A DNA stretch of 62,869 nt from a virus. Below, in pieces: positions 8,491 through 16,928 of this stretch. Both the position numbers and the translations under genes were made by a program. The first letter of the stretch is position 1, and every line of letters begins with the position of its first letter. The stretch spans positions 1-62,869 of IMG/VR virus record IMGVR_UViG_3300045988_104021; one strand, 5' to 3'. The notes under the pieces are model-generated. The model saw nothing but the letters and a program-made list of their open reading frames with translations, did no database searches and had not been told where the DNA came from.

Positions 8491-8535
8491 AAAAAAATCT
8501 CCCTGATGGTTTGGCCGCCGATAGGAAGATTTTTG
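8491..8535 (+). promoter_or_regulatory. terminator-like hairpin in the rep leader (possible attenuator or short RNA)
   Basis: atctccc (8497-8503) pairs with ggaagat (8524-8530), then TTTT. It lies just downstream of an extended -10 TGtTAGAAT (8467-8475). Confidence 0.35.
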
Positions 8536-8615
8536 GAAGGTTTGTATAACCTATTTGATTTGTACTTTAGTATACCACAGTTATACATTCCTTTCTAGTA
8601 GGAAGGAAGAAAAAA

Positions 8616-9914
8616 GTGAATAGTTCAAATGCATTGAAATTTTCGACACACCAGATTGACGAAGCAAAGCATCACATATTCTTCCAACATGACGGAGCAG
8701 ATGGATATATTACTCTGGCAAAAAAGGAAAATGGTAAATTCATTCAAAGACACTATCGACCGGAGAAGTTAGCAGAACATCTGACTAACTACATGGGGGA
8801 AGATATTTATTATAGTCAGAATACTTTTTACAAACCGCAGCGAAGAATTGAGAATATTCGGCAGTTAAGGAATTTGTACATAGACCTTGATTGTTACCTA
8901 TTCAACTATGATCCGGACTTTGTTGTTAGAAAACTAGAGTTAGAGTATTTCAAACAAAGCATTCCGGAACCGAACCTAATCATATTCAGCGGACGTGGAG
9001 TGGTTCTGATATGGCTCATTGAGCCGGTACCATACAAAGCCTTGCCTTTATGGAATGCCATTCAGAGATACCTTTTGGAACAGCTGAAGGATGTCGGTGG
9101 TGACCCGAAAGCGTCTGACGCAGCGAGGGTGTTCCGAGTAGCCGGGAGCATCAACTCAAAGAACGGTGCCGAGGTTCATGTAGAATACCGCCATGGTTAT
9201 AGATATGCTTTAAGGGATATACAGTATGACTATCTACCGGAACTGACACCAAAGACGGAAAAGAAGAAACCAGGCAGACAAAAAAAGGTTGTCCATCTTT
9301 ATAATATATATTCGCTCAACCATGCCAGAATCCTTGATATTACTAAGATTGTAGAGTTGAGAAATTATCAAGTGACCGGCTATCGTGAAGTAATATGTTT
9401 TTTGTACCGATATTGGATGTGTTGTTTCTGTAACGATACAGAAGAAGCCTATAGGCAGACTATGGAGTTAAATAATACATTTACCTACCCTTTGCCTGAA
9501 AGGGAGTTAAAATCGGCAACAAGGAGCGCAGAAAAGGCATATGAAGCACGAAGCAACAAAGAAGCCAATGAGCGTGCTATTAAGTTAGGATATCCTGGAG
9601 CAGGCTATAACATAAGCAATGCGAAGCTGATTAAATGGCTTGATATCACGCAAGACGAAATGGAACACATGAAAACCATCATCAACCCTGCGGAAAAGCG
9701 GAGAAGAGACCGAATACGCAAAGACAAAGAGCGTAGAGAAGCAGGAATCCGGACGAAAGAACAGCGGTTGGAAGATGACAGAAAAGCTATGATGGAAAAG
9801 GTTGAAAAGATTCGGCTTGCACTCGAAAAGAATCCTAACCTATCCATCCGTCAATTGGTTGAAGTAACTGGAGTTCCAAGGTCAACCATACAAAGGTTGA
9901 AGAAACTTATATAG
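8616..9914 (+). CDS. replication initiator with archaeo-eukaryotic primase (prim-pol)-like core and a C-terminal HTH
   Basis: LYIDLDCY (DxD), IIFSGRGVVLIW (SGxG), RVFRVAGSINSKNG. C-terminal SIRQLVEVTGVPRSTIQRLKKL. Confidence 0.55.
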   Translation: MNSSNALKFSTHQIDEAKHHIFFQHDGADGYITLAKKENGKFIQRHYRPEKLAEHLTNYMGEDIYYSQNTFYKPQRRIENIRQLRNLYIDLDCYLFNYDPDFVVRKLELEYFKQSIPEPNLIIFSGRGVVLIWLIEPVPYKALPLWNAIQRYLLEQLKDVGGDPKASDAARVFRVAGSINSKNGAEVHVEYRHGYRYALRDIQYDYLPELTPKTEKKKPGRQKKVVHLYNIYSLNHARILDITKIVELRNYQVTGYREVICFLYRYWMCCFCNDTEEAYRQTMELNNTFTYPLPERELKSATRSAEKAYEARSNKEANERAIKLGYPGAGYNISNAKLIKWLDITQDEMEHMKTIINPAEKRRRDRIRKDKERREAGIRTKEQRLEDDRKAMMEKVEKIRLALEKNPNLSIRQLVEVTGVPRSTIQRLKKLI

Positions 9915-9989
9915 ACCAATATAAACGGAACTGGAATGGGACACCTAAAACGAGGGGAGAAATCCCCTCCAAAACAGAAAGGAGAATCC

Positions 9990-10655
9990 ATGAAAAAGAA
10001 ACTAATCGTATTTGTAGCCTACCTTGCATTACTCGTTGCAACAATATCTTTTATTGCGGCAAACGGCGGTAGGACGGACAAAGAGCAGCACGAAATATCT
10101 TATGCGAAAGAAGAAACCCTCGTAGGGCCTGAAACCACCATCGAAACACCACAAGTAACACCAACCTCAACACCTACCGTAACACCAACGCAAAAACCAC
10201 GAAAAAATAAACCACCAAAACCACCTTACCTTGATGTACCGCTGTCAAAAAAACTCCAAAAGCACATATTTAAGCTATGTAAGAACGACAAAGACCTATA
10301 CCTACTCACCATGGCAGTAATTAAAGCAGAGAGTGACTTTGACCCGGATTGTATCGGTATTGACGGCCACGACAAAGGATTGATGCAGATACGAGATTGC
10401 AATCTGGATTCTTTGCAAGAACGATTCGGAAAGATTGTTCTCATGGACCCATACGACAATACAAAGTGCGGAGTGTATATGATCCGTCAGATAAAAAAGA
10501 AATACAAGCATAACAACCTGACTTTGATGGCTTATAACTGCGGTGAAGCAGGAGCAAGAAGGCTATGGAAAAAAGGTATCTATTCAACCAAATATTCAAG
10601 AAAAATAACTGAATATTACAATAATTTCAAAAAAGAATGCAGAAAGGAGCAATAG
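9990..10655 (+). CDS. membrane-anchored lytic transglycosylase (SLT domain)
   Basis: N-terminal TM LIVFVAYLALLVATISFIA, a T/P-rich linker, and AVIKAESDFDPDCIG...GLMQI with a catalytic Glu. Confidence 0.8.
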   Translation: MKKKLIVFVAYLALLVATISFIAANGGRTDKEQHEISYAKEETLVGPETTIETPQVTPTSTPTVTPTQKPRKNKPPKPPYLDVPLSKKLQKHIFKLCKNDKDLYLLTMAVIKAESDFDPDCIGIDGHDKGLMQIRDCNLDSLQERFGKIVLMDPYDNTKCGVYMIRQIKKKYKHNNLTLMAYNCGEAGARRLWKKGIYSTKYSRKITEYYNNFKKECRKEQ

Positions 10656-10657
10656 TC

Positions 10658-10828
10658 ATGTATCAGTGCAACAAATGCAACTCGGAGTTTATGTTTCCAG
10701 AGGTAAAGTTACCGGATGCCGGTATGCCATATGGAATCCTTGGCAGAAGAAAATTGCGAGAGGTCAAATTTTGTCCGGAATGTATGTCCGTAAACATTGA
10801 GAAAGTAGAGGTTGAGAAAGCAGTATGA
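10658..10828 (+). CDS. small zinc-ribbon protein
   Basis: CNKCNSEF...CPEC. ATG follows AAAGGAG. Confidence 0.5.
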   Translation: MYQCNKCNSEFMFPEVKLPDAGMPYGILGRRKLREVKFCPECMSVNIEKVEVEKAV

Positions 10829-11403
10829 CGAATTACGCAAACAGAGGTATGCAGCTTGAAGAATTTATTACATTTTCAAATAATCAGTATAGGAAACACG
10901 GCATTGCTGTGGTTTGTAAAGTTCCGACACCGTTTATCCCAATCAGAAACAGATACGGAAAGGTTATCAGTTGTAAGGTTGAACAGAAAGCGACCGTGGA
11001 CTTTATGGGCAGATACAGAAATATCCCGGTAGCCATAGAAGCAAAGAACACGAACTCGGACAGAATCCGCTTTTCAGAGGTTAAAGACCATCAAGCGCAG
11101 TTTCTGAATGATTTTGTCGGTGAGCATGGCTTAGGGTTCGGAGCGGTGCTTGTGTCTTTCAAAATGCAAAGATTCTTCCTGGTGCCATGGTGTTTTTGGA
11201 AGGCGGCAAGAGATATGTGGATCAGGGACAGAGGGGAAAAGGCGGCTGTGATTGAATATGGAATGTCATGGACAACACCGGGCAAGGCATCCGTTTCCGC
11301 CAGCGAACTTCTCCAAGAGTGGGAAGTGAAACCAAATAATAAGTATGGACTTGCTTATCTTAGCAAGATTGATACATACATGAACAATTATGTGAAGGAG
11401 TGA
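10825..11403 (+). CDS. recU: RecU-type Holliday-junction resolvase
   Basis: NRGMQLEEFI...NNQYRKHGIAVVCKVPTP...VDFMG...VAIEAKNT...F matches the RecU core. The start overlaps the upstream stop (ATGA). Confidence 0.8.
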   Translation: MTNYANRGMQLEEFITFSNNQYRKHGIAVVCKVPTPFIPIRNRYGKVISCKVEQKATVDFMGRYRNIPVAIEAKNTNSDRIRFSEVKDHQAQFLNDFVGEHGLGFGAVLVSFKMQRFFLVPWCFWKAARDMWIRDRGEKAAVIEYGMSWTTPGKASVSASELLQEWEVKPNNKYGLAYLSKIDTYMNNYVKE

Positions 11404-11410
11404 ACAAATC

Positions 11411-11866
11411 ATGAAAAAGACGATTGTAATTTGTGACAAATGTAAGAAAGAAATCAAAGGTAACTATTTCAACCTTGTTGCCGGTAAATGTGGCAGCAAA
11501 GAGACCATGAACGTAGATCATGAGTATTGCGAAGAATGTATTTGTAAAATCATTGCCTTTGCAAACGGAGCGGTTGAACAGCCACCAGAACCGAAAGCTG
11601 AAGAGAAGCCAAAGGAAAAGCCGGAAGTGAAAAAAGAAACTATCCTTCCGGAGAAAAAGAAAGAAGTGAAAAAGAATCCTGAACGCAATGCAGAAACAAA
11701 CAAGGTTATCGTTCCGGTCACTAAAGGGATGAATAATACGGAAAAAATCAAACATCTGTATAACCAGGGATGCTCAAATAGATACATAGCAACCACAGTT
11801 GGCACCACGGAGAATACCGTAAGCGTAACCATATGCCAGTTGAGGAAGAAAGGAGAAATCAAATGA
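11411..11866 (+). CDS. zinc-ribbon plus C-terminal HTH protein (possible transcription regulator)
   Basis: CDKCKKE...CEEC, a K/E/P-rich linker, and a C-terminal sigma-region-4/LuxR-like CSNRYIATTVGTTENTVSVTICQLRKKG. Confidence 0.45.
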   Translation: MKKTIVICDKCKKEIKGNYFNLVAGKCGSKETMNVDHEYCEECICKIIAFANGAVEQPPEPKAEEKPKEKPEVKKETILPEKKKEVKKNPERNAETNKVIVPVTKGMNNTEKIKHLYNQGCSNRYIATTVGTTENTVSVTICQLRKKGEIK

Positions 11867-12141
11867 CAGAGCAGGACTTAAAAGAATGTATCGCAGAGGT
11901 TAAGCACAGTGCAATTCCGGAGCAATCAAAGGAAAAGATCATAAATACTTTGCAGGATAGCAGATGGATTCCATGTAGTGAGAGGAAACCGGAACCACTT
12001 AAAGATGTGCTTGTAACAGATGGCGAAAATGTGTGGTCGGATATGTATGACGATAAAGCACCATACGCATATTATTTCGCAGGAGAAGCAGATGTAATTG
12101 CATGGCGGCCATTGCCGGAACCGTACAAGGAGAGTGATTGA
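11863..12141 (+). CDS. DUF551-like protein
   Basis: WIPCSERKPE...DVLVTDG...WRPLPEPYKE pattern typical of DUF551. Confidence 0.5.
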   Translation: MTEQDLKECIAEVKHSAIPEQSKEKIINTLQDSRWIPCSERKPEPLKDVLVTDGENVWSDMYDDKAPYAYYFAGEADVIAWRPLPEPYKESD

Positions 12142-12360
12142 ATGAAAATCGAAAGGACACGATATGTTGTTATGAGAAAAAATCGTACTGAAATATGGTG
12201 TGGCTTATCAAGAGAGTTTCACTTTGTCAAGATTGATGAATTAAAAAATACTGCAATCAAAACATACAGGACAAAGAAACAAGCCGAAAGCGGATGTTCT
12301 TCTTGGGATAGGGATTTTGAAGTTGTTGAGTGCAAAGAAATCATTGATATAAAGGAGTGA
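12142..12360 (+). CDS. hypothetical protein
   Basis: Tightly packed ORF. No motif. Confidence 0.4.
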   Translation: MKIERTRYVVMRKNRTEIWCGLSREFHFVKIDELKNTAIKTYRTKKQAESGCSSWDRDFEVVECKEIIDIKE

Positions 12361-12366
12361 TTGATA

Positions 12367-12933
12367 ATGAGTGTAAAACCAATTTTATTTAACACTGAAA
12401 TGGTGAGGGCCATGTTGGAAGGGAGAAAGACTTGCACTAGGCGAGTATTAAAACAGCCATTTGAGGTACACCCAAATGGCTATATCACAAAACCTAGGGG
12501 AAATGAAAGACTCTGCCCTTATATTCCGCCATATCAATCGGGAGACGTTCTGTACGTTCGTGAGACGTGGTGCAAGGATTCTTGTTGGGGTGAAAAAGAA
12601 CAATATTATTACAAGGCTGATGATAGTAGATTCTTTCATAGATGGTTCCCATCAATCCACATGCCTAAAGAAGCGGCTCGTATCTGGCTTAAGGTTACGG
12701 ATGTGCGAGTGGAACGGTTACATGATATAACAGGACAAGGTGTGCTTAAAGAGGGACTTAATAGTCATGTGCACCCCAAAGCATTTTATTTTGACATGAA
12801 TCAGCTCGTAATGTTTGAAAGACTTTGGAACTCAACCATCAAGAAAACCGACCTTGACCGCTACGGATGGGATGCGAATCCGTGGGTATGGGTAATTGAA
12901 TTTGAACGGTGCGAAAAGCCGGGAAAGGAGTAA
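12367..12933 (+). CDS. ASCH/PUA-like domain protein
   Basis: KPILFNTEMVRAMLEGRKTCTRRV...GDVLYVRETW is the usual N-terminal signature of phage ASCH-like proteins. Confidence 0.5.
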   Translation: MSVKPILFNTEMVRAMLEGRKTCTRRVLKQPFEVHPNGYITKPRGNERLCPYIPPYQSGDVLYVRETWCKDSCWGEKEQYYYKADDSRFFHRWFPSIHMPKEAARIWLKVTDVRVERLHDITGQGVLKEGLNSHVHPKAFYFDMNQLVMFERLWNSTIKKTDLDRYGWDANPWVWVIEFERCEKPGKE

Positions 12934-12935
12934 TT

Positions 12936-13337
12936 ATGAGTAAGCATAAGGCAATATCCAAAAAACAAAGACTTGCAGTGTATGAAAAGTGTAACCATAG
13001 ATGCGCTTATTGCGGTTGTGAACTGGAATATAAAGATATGCAAGTAGACCATGTAGAATCACTACATAGATATGAAACAGCGTACGCAATTGGAGAAGCG
13101 GACTTCCTCGATGAAATCGAAAACCTTATGCCGTCTTGTAGGCAATGCAACTTTTATAAGTCAACATTTAGTTTGGAAGATTTCAGACAACGGTTGCAGG
13201 TGTCCATGATGAACAACCTTAGAAAGAACTTCGGCTATAAGCTGGCTTTGAAGTATGGGTTAGTAGAGGAAAAAATGAAACCAATTAGATTTTATTTTGA
13301 AAAAATGAGAGGTGATAACAATGGCTCAATGGAATAG
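12936..13337 (+). CDS. HNH endonuclease
   Basis: CAYCGCEL...VDHVES...MPSCRQCNFYK. Confidence 0.8.
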   Translation: MSKHKAISKKQRLAVYEKCNHRCAYCGCELEYKDMQVDHVESLHRYETAYAIGEADFLDEIENLMPSCRQCNFYKSTFSLEDFRQRLQVSMMNNLRKNFGYKLALKYGLVEEKMKPIRFYFEKMRGDNNGSME

Positions 13338-13686
13338 AAATACAGTTCCAAAATGTGAAGTAAAAAACTGTTCAGATGAGGTTTTAGTAACGGTAGAACA
13401 TATAGGACATCAAGGGATTCTTTATAGAAGAGTAGTTAAAGCAGTATATATTCCGTATCAACATTGCACGTTGGAAGATATGGGATGGAGCGTGTATGAC
13501 GGAGTTCCTAAGGATTGGAAATATTCAGAAGATGATGATTCATATTGGATTCCGCAAGGCTGGTATGAAGTATGCGATTATGATGAATATTCCTACTTAA
13601 CAATTACGGATAAGGTGACAGCTTGGATGAAATTACCAAAACCATACGAACCAAAAGTTAAAGAATTTAGGAGGTGTTCAAAATGA
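13321..13686 (+). CDS. DUF551-like protein
   Basis: WIPQGWYE...WMKLPKPYE C-terminal pattern. Confidence 0.4.
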   Translation: MAQWNRNTVPKCEVKNCSDEVLVTVEHIGHQGILYRRVVKAVYIPYQHCTLEDMGWSVYDGVPKDWKYSEDDDSYWIPQGWYEVCDYDEYSYLTITDKVTAWMKLPKPYEPKVKEFRRCSK

Positions 13687-13853
13687 CTAACGCAGACAGA
13701 ATCAGGGAAATGTCGGATGAAGAGTTAACAGTGTCTATTATGTGTCCGGCAGAGTATGATTTAGGTTTTAACAAAGAGTGCAGATGCAATGGCGAGATGA
13801 ACAGGAATTGCCGTAAATGCACATTAAATTGGCTTCAATCAGAAGCAGAATAG
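13683..13853 (+). CDS. small Cys-rich hypothetical protein (56 aa)
   Basis: MTNADRIREMSDEEL...CRCNGEMNRNCRKCTLNWLQSEAE. The start overlaps the upstream stop (ATGA). Confidence 0.45.
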   Translation: MTNADRIREMSDEELTVSIMCPAEYDLGFNKECRCNGEMNRNCRKCTLNWLQSEAE

Positions 13854-13861
13854 GAGGTAAT

Positions 13862-14053
13862 ATGAGTAACAATTTAGAATTTATGAAAGAGCATAATTGT
13901 AAACATCTAAAAAACTGTAAGTTTGCTAGTGTTGTGAAATATCAGTATTCGGATGATAAAAAAGGATGGTATATACAATTTGGAAATGTGCTTCATGGTA
14001 TAAAATATTGTCCTTATTGCGGTATGAGATTGGAGGATGAAAATGGACGATAG
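13862..14053 (+). CDS. small hypothetical protein with C-terminal CPYC
   Basis: ATG 13862 follows AGGAGG. Confidence 0.4.
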   Translation: MSNNLEFMKEHNCKHLKNCKFASVVKYQYSDDKKGWYIQFGNVLHGIKYCPYCGMRLEDENGR

Positions 14054-14489
14054 ATATTTATTTAAAGCAAAGAGGATTGACAACGGAGAATGGGTGCAAG
14101 GAGTACCGTTTGAAATTGAAGGGAAAATGGTAATTCTAATAAAGGATAATGAAAATTTTTTAAGAGTCCATTATATTGAAGAAAATATGTGGAATGCTGA
14201 GATATATGCTATTGAGGTTGAACCAGACACCATTTGCCAATGCACCGGCTTAAAAGATAAGAACGGCAATCTAATTTGGGAGAATGATATTATTGCTTAT
14301 TGGGACACATACAGCACAGAAAACGGACAAGCAGAAGCGGATTGCATTGGAAAAGTCATGTGGGATGATGAAACACTTTCTTTTTATGTGACAAACAGAT
14401 TATCGGCTGAAAGCCATGAGGTTTTAGACGAATGTAGTGTTATCGGAAACGTATTTGACAATCCAGAATTGTTAGAAAGTGAGGAATAG
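14037..14489 (+). CDS. YopX-family protein
   Basis: YLFKAKRIDNGEWVQG...CTGLKDKNGNLIWENDII...GNVFDNPELLE. Confidence 0.75.
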   Translation: MKMDDRYLFKAKRIDNGEWVQGVPFEIEGKMVILIKDNENFLRVHYIEENMWNAEIYAIEVEPDTICQCTGLKDKNGNLIWENDIIAYWDTYSTENGQAEADCIGKVMWDDETLSFYVTNRLSAESHEVLDECSVIGNVFDNPELLESEE

Positions 14490-14491
14490 CC

Positions 14492-14587
14492 ATGGATAAA
14501 ATAACATTAGTAGCTGTATTGACAGATTATGAAGAAACATACGATGTACGAAATGTAGATAAGCCTGAAAAAGAAAGCGAGGATTAG
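14492..14587 (+). CDS. small hypothetical protein (31 aa)
   Basis: Fills the gap. The call rests on weak evidence only. Confidence 0.25.
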   Translation: MDKITLVAVLTDYEETYDVRNVDKPEKESED

Positions 14588-14589
14588 CC

Positions 14590-14886
14590 ATGAAAAAAAT
14601 ATATATCAGCGGACCGATAACCGGAACGGATGATTACATAGAACGGTTTGAGAAAGCCGAAAAGGAGTTAGAATCGAAAGGGTATACCGTTATCAATCCG
14701 GCAAAAGTAAATTCCAATCTCCCGGATGATACAACATGGTTAGAATATATGAAAATATCTCTTTGTATGCTTCATATGTGTAATTGTATCTATATGCTGA
14801 AAGGATGGAAAGAAAGCCGTGGAGCATATCTTGAATATATTCGTGCTATTGATTTACGGTTTTCTGTATTGTATGAGGGGGAATAA
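14590..14886 (+). CDS. DUF4406 / nucleoside 2-deoxyribosyltransferase-like protein
   Basis: KIYISGPITG...GYTVINPA...LKGWKESRGAYLEY pattern. Confidence 0.6.
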   Translation: MKKIYISGPITGTDDYIERFEKAEKELESKGYTVINPAKVNSNLPDDTTWLEYMKISLCMLHMCNCIYMLKGWKESRGAYLEYIRAIDLRFSVLYEGE

Positions 14887-14888
14887 CC

Positions 14889-15122
14889 ATGGCTCAATAT
14901 TGTAGATACTGCAATAACCTTGTAACCGGGAACGGTATTTATTGCACAGCGAAGAATAAGACCATGGCTGAAAGCACGGCAAAGACTACGAACAACTGTA
15001 AATTGTACGTTTTTAATCATGTAGATGCTTTCTACGAGAATGCGGATGGTTACAGACCTAGAAAGCCATTAAAACCGATCAGTGATGATTGCGCCGGACA
15101 GATGAAACTTGACTTGACCTAA
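14889..15122 (+). CDS. small hypothetical protein with N-terminal CxxC
   Basis: MAQYCRYCNN...YCTAKNK. Last gene before a long hairpin. Confidence 0.4.
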   Translation: MAQYCRYCNNLVTGNGIYCTAKNKTMAESTAKTTNNCKLYVFNHVDAFYENADGYRPRKPLKPISDDCAGQMKLDLT

Positions 15123-15197
15123 TATACAAATTATGGTAATATAATAAATGCATTGATACTTGTTTAAGTAATTTTTTTCAAATCTTATCCTTCCCCT

Positions 15198-15237
15198 AAG
15201 GGACCGTTGATGGTTGCGTAACCGTTGGCGGTCCCTT
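15198..15237 (+). terminator. long hairpin closing the early/middle gene block
   Basis: About 16 bp including G-U pairs: gggaccgttgatggtt-gcgt-aaccgttggcggtccc, followed by ttt. Confidence 0.5.
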
Positions 15238-15258
15238 TCAACATATACAGAAATAAAC

Positions 15259-15286
15259 TTGAATTATTCTGCAAAAATGATAAAAT
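15259..15286 (+). promoter_or_regulatory. promoter of the late (packaging/structural) operon
   Basis: TTGAAT (15259-15264), 16-nt spacer, TGa-TAAAAT (extended -10 ending at 15286). Confidence 0.5.
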
Positions 15287-15359
15287 GGTATCAAAAGTGG
15301 CTTAATTTTCACCATTTTTTGAAAAAGAGACTAAAAAAACGATTGAAAGCGAGGGAATT

Positions 15360-16136
15360 ATGGATGGAAAGATAGTAAAGGAAAACGACTACAAAACAAC
15401 GGCAACCCCAAAAGCGGTAACCAATGATGGTATACCGGTATTTTGTTCGCATGATGAAATCGTGCCGACAAAGAACCTCAAACCAAACCCACTCAATCCG
15501 AACAACCACCCACAGGAACAAATCGAACTTCTCAAACAAATCATAGAAAAGACAGGATGGCGGCAGCCTATTACCGTATCAAACCGGAGCGGTCTTATTA
15601 CAAAAGGACACGGCAGATTACAGGCGGCCAAGTTTGCCGGATGGTCCAATGTCCCGGTAGATTATCAGGATTATTCTAACCAGGATGAAGAATATGCTGA
15701 TTTGATTGCCGATAACCGCCTTGCGGAATTATCCAATATTGATAATGAGATGCTTTCCGAGATGATTGGAACCATCGAAAATGAGGATATTCTTTCCCTG
15801 ACCGGATATGACGAAGAGGACATAGAAGCCTTGTTATCCGATATTGAAGAGGAAGAGGAACAGGAAGAAGAGGAAACACCAAAAGACCTCACTCCGTTCG
15901 CAAAAGCCGGGGATGTATGGCAGCTGGGAGAGCATCGTCTGATTGTTGGTGAAGATGATCCGGTGTGTGATGGTATCATTGCAAACTACGTTTATGAAAC
16001 CGGGAACTTAGGTTGCACCTGCACTCGTGATGGTAAAGAATACGGATATATGGAACTGGTAACCTCATGGTCCGTTGAAAATGGAATGGAAGCCGATATG
16101 TTCAAAATGAGAAAGCCTGTAATTAAAAGAAAATAA
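15360..16136 (+). CDS. ParB/Srx N-terminal-domain protein 1, with acidic linker and a vestigial methyltransferase-like segment
   Basis: LKPNPLNPNNHP...ITKGHGRLQAAKFAG (GxxRxxA box)...ADNRLAE, then EEEEEQEEEE, then GDVWQLGEHRLIVGEDD. Confidence 0.75.
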   Translation: MDGKIVKENDYKTTATPKAVTNDGIPVFCSHDEIVPTKNLKPNPLNPNNHPQEQIELLKQIIEKTGWRQPITVSNRSGLITKGHGRLQAAKFAGWSNVPVDYQDYSNQDEEYADLIADNRLAELSNIDNEMLSEMIGTIENEDILSLTGYDEEDIEALLSDIEEEEEQEEEETPKDLTPFAKAGDVWQLGEHRLIVGEDDPVCDGIIANYVYETGNLGCTCTRDGKEYGYMELVTSWSVENGMEADMFKMRKPVIKRK

Positions 16137-16148
16137 CAACGATAGGAT

Positions 16149-16928
16149 GTGTTTGCTTGCATGGCAAAGATTAAACCTAAAGCGATGGCCGGAGATATTC
16201 CGGTGTATTGTTCTCATGATAAGATTGTCAGCATTACAAAAGTGGTACCGAACCCACGGAATCCAAACATACACCCGGAGCGGCAGATTGAAATTCTGTC
16301 AAAGATTATTCAGGAGCAGGGATGGCGGCAACCGATAACGATAAGCAACCGAAGCGGTTTTATCGTAAAAGGTCATGGTAGATACCTGGCAGCCGTTCAA
16401 TTCAACGCAAATGATGTTCCGGTAGATTACCAGGACTACGAAAATGAAGCGGAAGAATGGGCGGACCTTATCGCCGATAACCGCATAGCCGAACTAAGCA
16501 ACATGAATGAAGATTTACTTTCTGAATTGCTGCTTGATATCAGCGATACGGACTTTGATATTCTTCTAACCGGTATGGAATATGCCGACATTGACAGCCT
16601 TATCAATAATGACGAAGCCTTGACTGTGATTGACAATATCATGGATGAGTCGGAGCAGAAAAGGGAAGAACCACCAAAAGGAAACATGGATTATATCCCA
16701 AGCGAAGAACCCACGGAAACAACACCGCAAGATACAGTTGGAAACACAGAGGAAACACAGAATATCCACGAACCCACCACAGAAGAACCACAGATAACAA
16801 CCACCACCAATTTCAATTACAAAGAACAATACGGCGTTATCGTCATTTGCAAGGACGAAACGGAACAGCAGGAAGTCTATGAAAAACTGGCCGCTGATGG
16901 TTACGAATGTAAGGTCGTGACAACATGA
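16149..16928 (+). CDS. ParB/Srx N-terminal-domain protein 2 (paralogue)
   Basis: VVPNPRNPNIHP...IVKGHGRYLAAVQF...ADNRIAE, with an acidic/T-rich C-half. Start is uncertain (GTG 16149 or ATG 16161). Confidence 0.75.
   Translation: MFACMAKIKPKAMAGDIPVYCSHDKIVSITKVVPNPRNPNIHPERQIEILSKIIQEQGWRQPITISNRSGFIVKGHGRYLAAVQFNANDVPVDYQDYENEAEEWADLIADNRIAELSNMNEDLLSELLLDISDTDFDILLTGMEYADIDSLINNDEALTVIDNIMDESEQKREEPPKGNMDYIPSEEPTETTPQDTVGNTEETQNIHEPTTEEPQITTTTNFNYKEQYGVIVICKDETEQQEVYEKLAADGYECKVVTT

Noticed and set aside
8313-8549. A listed 78-aa ORF between the MBL gene and rep.
   Set aside because: It has no RBS, spans hairpins and promoter-like elements, and has odd composition. I treated it as a regulatory leader.
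16147-16338. Alternative-frame ORFs overlapping annotated genes, for example 16147..16338, 22079..22351, 12461..12730, 32419..32742 and 40279..40566.
   Set aside because: They are embedded in genes with clear motif support, have no RBS and show biased composition. They are out-of-frame artefacts.
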